Made by a program: the position numbers and the translations under genes | DNA from: Candidatus Nomurabacteria bacterium | GTDB lineage: Bacteria > Patescibacteriota > Minisyncoccia > Phycocordibacterales > UBA9973 | Direction of reading: 5' to 3' | Length of the DNA stretch: 64,000 bases | Assembly (NCBI GenBank): GCA_052035405.1 | Contig: JBPOHQ010000007.1 | Location: 12,292-76,291, forward strand | Part shown: positions 62,826 to 64,000 of the stretch, piece by piece | How positions within the stretch are numbered: position 1 is the stretch's first letter | Layout: each line of letters begins with the position of its first letter | Notes under the pieces: generated by a model | The model's input: the letters and a program-made list of their open reading frames with translations, nothing else | The model's database searches: none | What the model was told of the DNA's origin: nothing

Positions 62826-63885
62826 ATGCCTAGCGAAACACCTAAATTTTTTGTTGATAAGGTTAGAGAACAAAAAGAAGGTGACCCTCATCCTTATGAT
62901 GCTTTAATTCATGTCGAAAAAGATACAGAACGAATGGGTTTCGTGCAAGATAATTTTGTTTGTGAGGTGGTTAACGAAAAAGGCCAAGAATCAACGATAA
63001 GATTTCCTACCGCAATAACTTATTTTAAAAATGAAGGTTCTAAAAATTGGTCAAAAAAATTATATGGCTATAAAGAATCAGTTCAAGAGGCCTTAAGTTC
63101 AGAAGAAATGAATTATTATGTTGTTTATGACCCAACCTCTGAGTTAAGTTTTTTAGCGATGCCTTTTGATAACAATACTCAAATAGCACGATGTAGAGAT
63201 AATTTAAACTTGTTTTTAAAAAATGGAAAACTTGAAGACAAAGAATCCTTATTAAAATTAATATCTGAATTTAAAGGTGTAGATTTCGGGTTATTTGGTT
63301 CTAGATTTATAAAAAATTATGATCAACCAACAAAAATATCAGATATAGATTTGATAATTTATGGACCAGAAGATTTGCAAAAAGTTGTTGATTCTCTTGA
63401 AATGGATGAATCATTAAGAAAAAAAGTTGGTGTTAGTTTTAAAGATTCAAGTAGATTTGAGCAATATGTGCAATATTATATGAAAAAATTTAACCTGACT
63501 GAGGCCGAGGCAAAAATTATGTTTACAAGACGAAGACGTTATATGCTTAACCCAGGTATTAAGTTTTCAATTAATTGCGCATTACCACATAACGATACAA
63601 ACAGAAAAATACCTATAACCGTGGGCTCAAAAAAAAATACACGATATTTCAATAGAAGGTACAGCCTTAGATACTTCTCTGTCTTCAAATTTACCAAGAG
63701 TTTTTTCTGTGGAAAGTGAGGGACAAAAAATTGATATAGTAACTGGTATTTGGTCATTAAAGGATTTTATTAGGACTGGCGATAAGGTAAAAGTAACTGG
63801 AGCATTGAGAGAATCAGATGGTGTGACTTTTATCTCTTTAGAAAAACCAGGAGATATTATTATACCAATAGCCAATGAGAAATAA
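62826..63885 (+). pseudogene. Pol-beta-type nucleotidyltransferase with OB-like C-domain, frameshifted at an A9 run (63629-63637)
   Basis: GLFGS...SDIDLIIYG; removing one A restores ...SKKIHDISIEG...GDKVKVTGAL...ANEK* ending at 63885. Confidence 0.75.
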
Positions 63886-64000
63886 TCAGAAGTTAGCTGA
63901 GCAAATATTCCAAGATGGAAAGTTAATAAAAAAACTGAGCCCTAGTCGCAATGCTTTTAATAGTGAGGCGTGTATTTATAGATGGCTAGATAATGATTAT
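63875..64000 (+). CDS. Hypothetical protein, 5' part only
   Basis: ATG overlaps the restored stop of the upstream gene; open to the window end (MRNNQKLAEQIF...). Confidence 0.6.
   Translation, partial: MRNNQKLAEQIFQDGKLIKKLSPSRNAFNSEACIYRWLDNDY

Larger units (their letters stand above)
57824..64000. mobile_element. Island/cassette 2, continuing beyond the window
   Basis: Begins at junction copy 2; accessory operon; right end not visible. Confidence 0.5.

Overview
AT-rich window, standard code 11. Gene content and the lack of obvious Shine-Dalgarno sites suggest a Patescibacteria/CPR (Parcubacteria-like) genome; this is inference. Four zones: (1) 1-11.0 kb, an accessory block between two 47-bp direct repeats. 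It holds an ASCH protein, a frameshifted GNAT, a candidate structured ncRNA, a 2653-aa SpvB/FG-GAP/YD-RHS protein with a C-terminal M15 peptidase, a putative immunity gene and an RHS stub. (2) 11.1-34.3 kb, housekeeping genes: mutY, msrA, mscL, a histidine kinase, manC, GH130s, hpf, fmt, def, hisS, lepB, pth, dnaE, gap, rpiB, rpe, split transketolase and a PfkB kinase. (3) 34.4-48.7 kb, a cell-surface cluster: giant fibre protein, WxL-like proteins, a DUF916-like protein, a dockerin and two cohesins. (4) 48.75-64 kb, two islands that appear stacked in the 5' end of ychF. Each starts with a 120-bp junction made of an MSLSIG start fused to a conserved orphan peptide tail. The first island has no integrase and encodes an MccF-like S66 peptidase, an ABC transporter, two Thr-type sulfatase-fold enzymes, a PRTase-like protein and a divergent HisRS paralogue. 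The second encodes sugar/nucleotide-modifying enzymes and runs off the window. No rRNA, complete tRNA, CRISPR array or integrase gene was seen.
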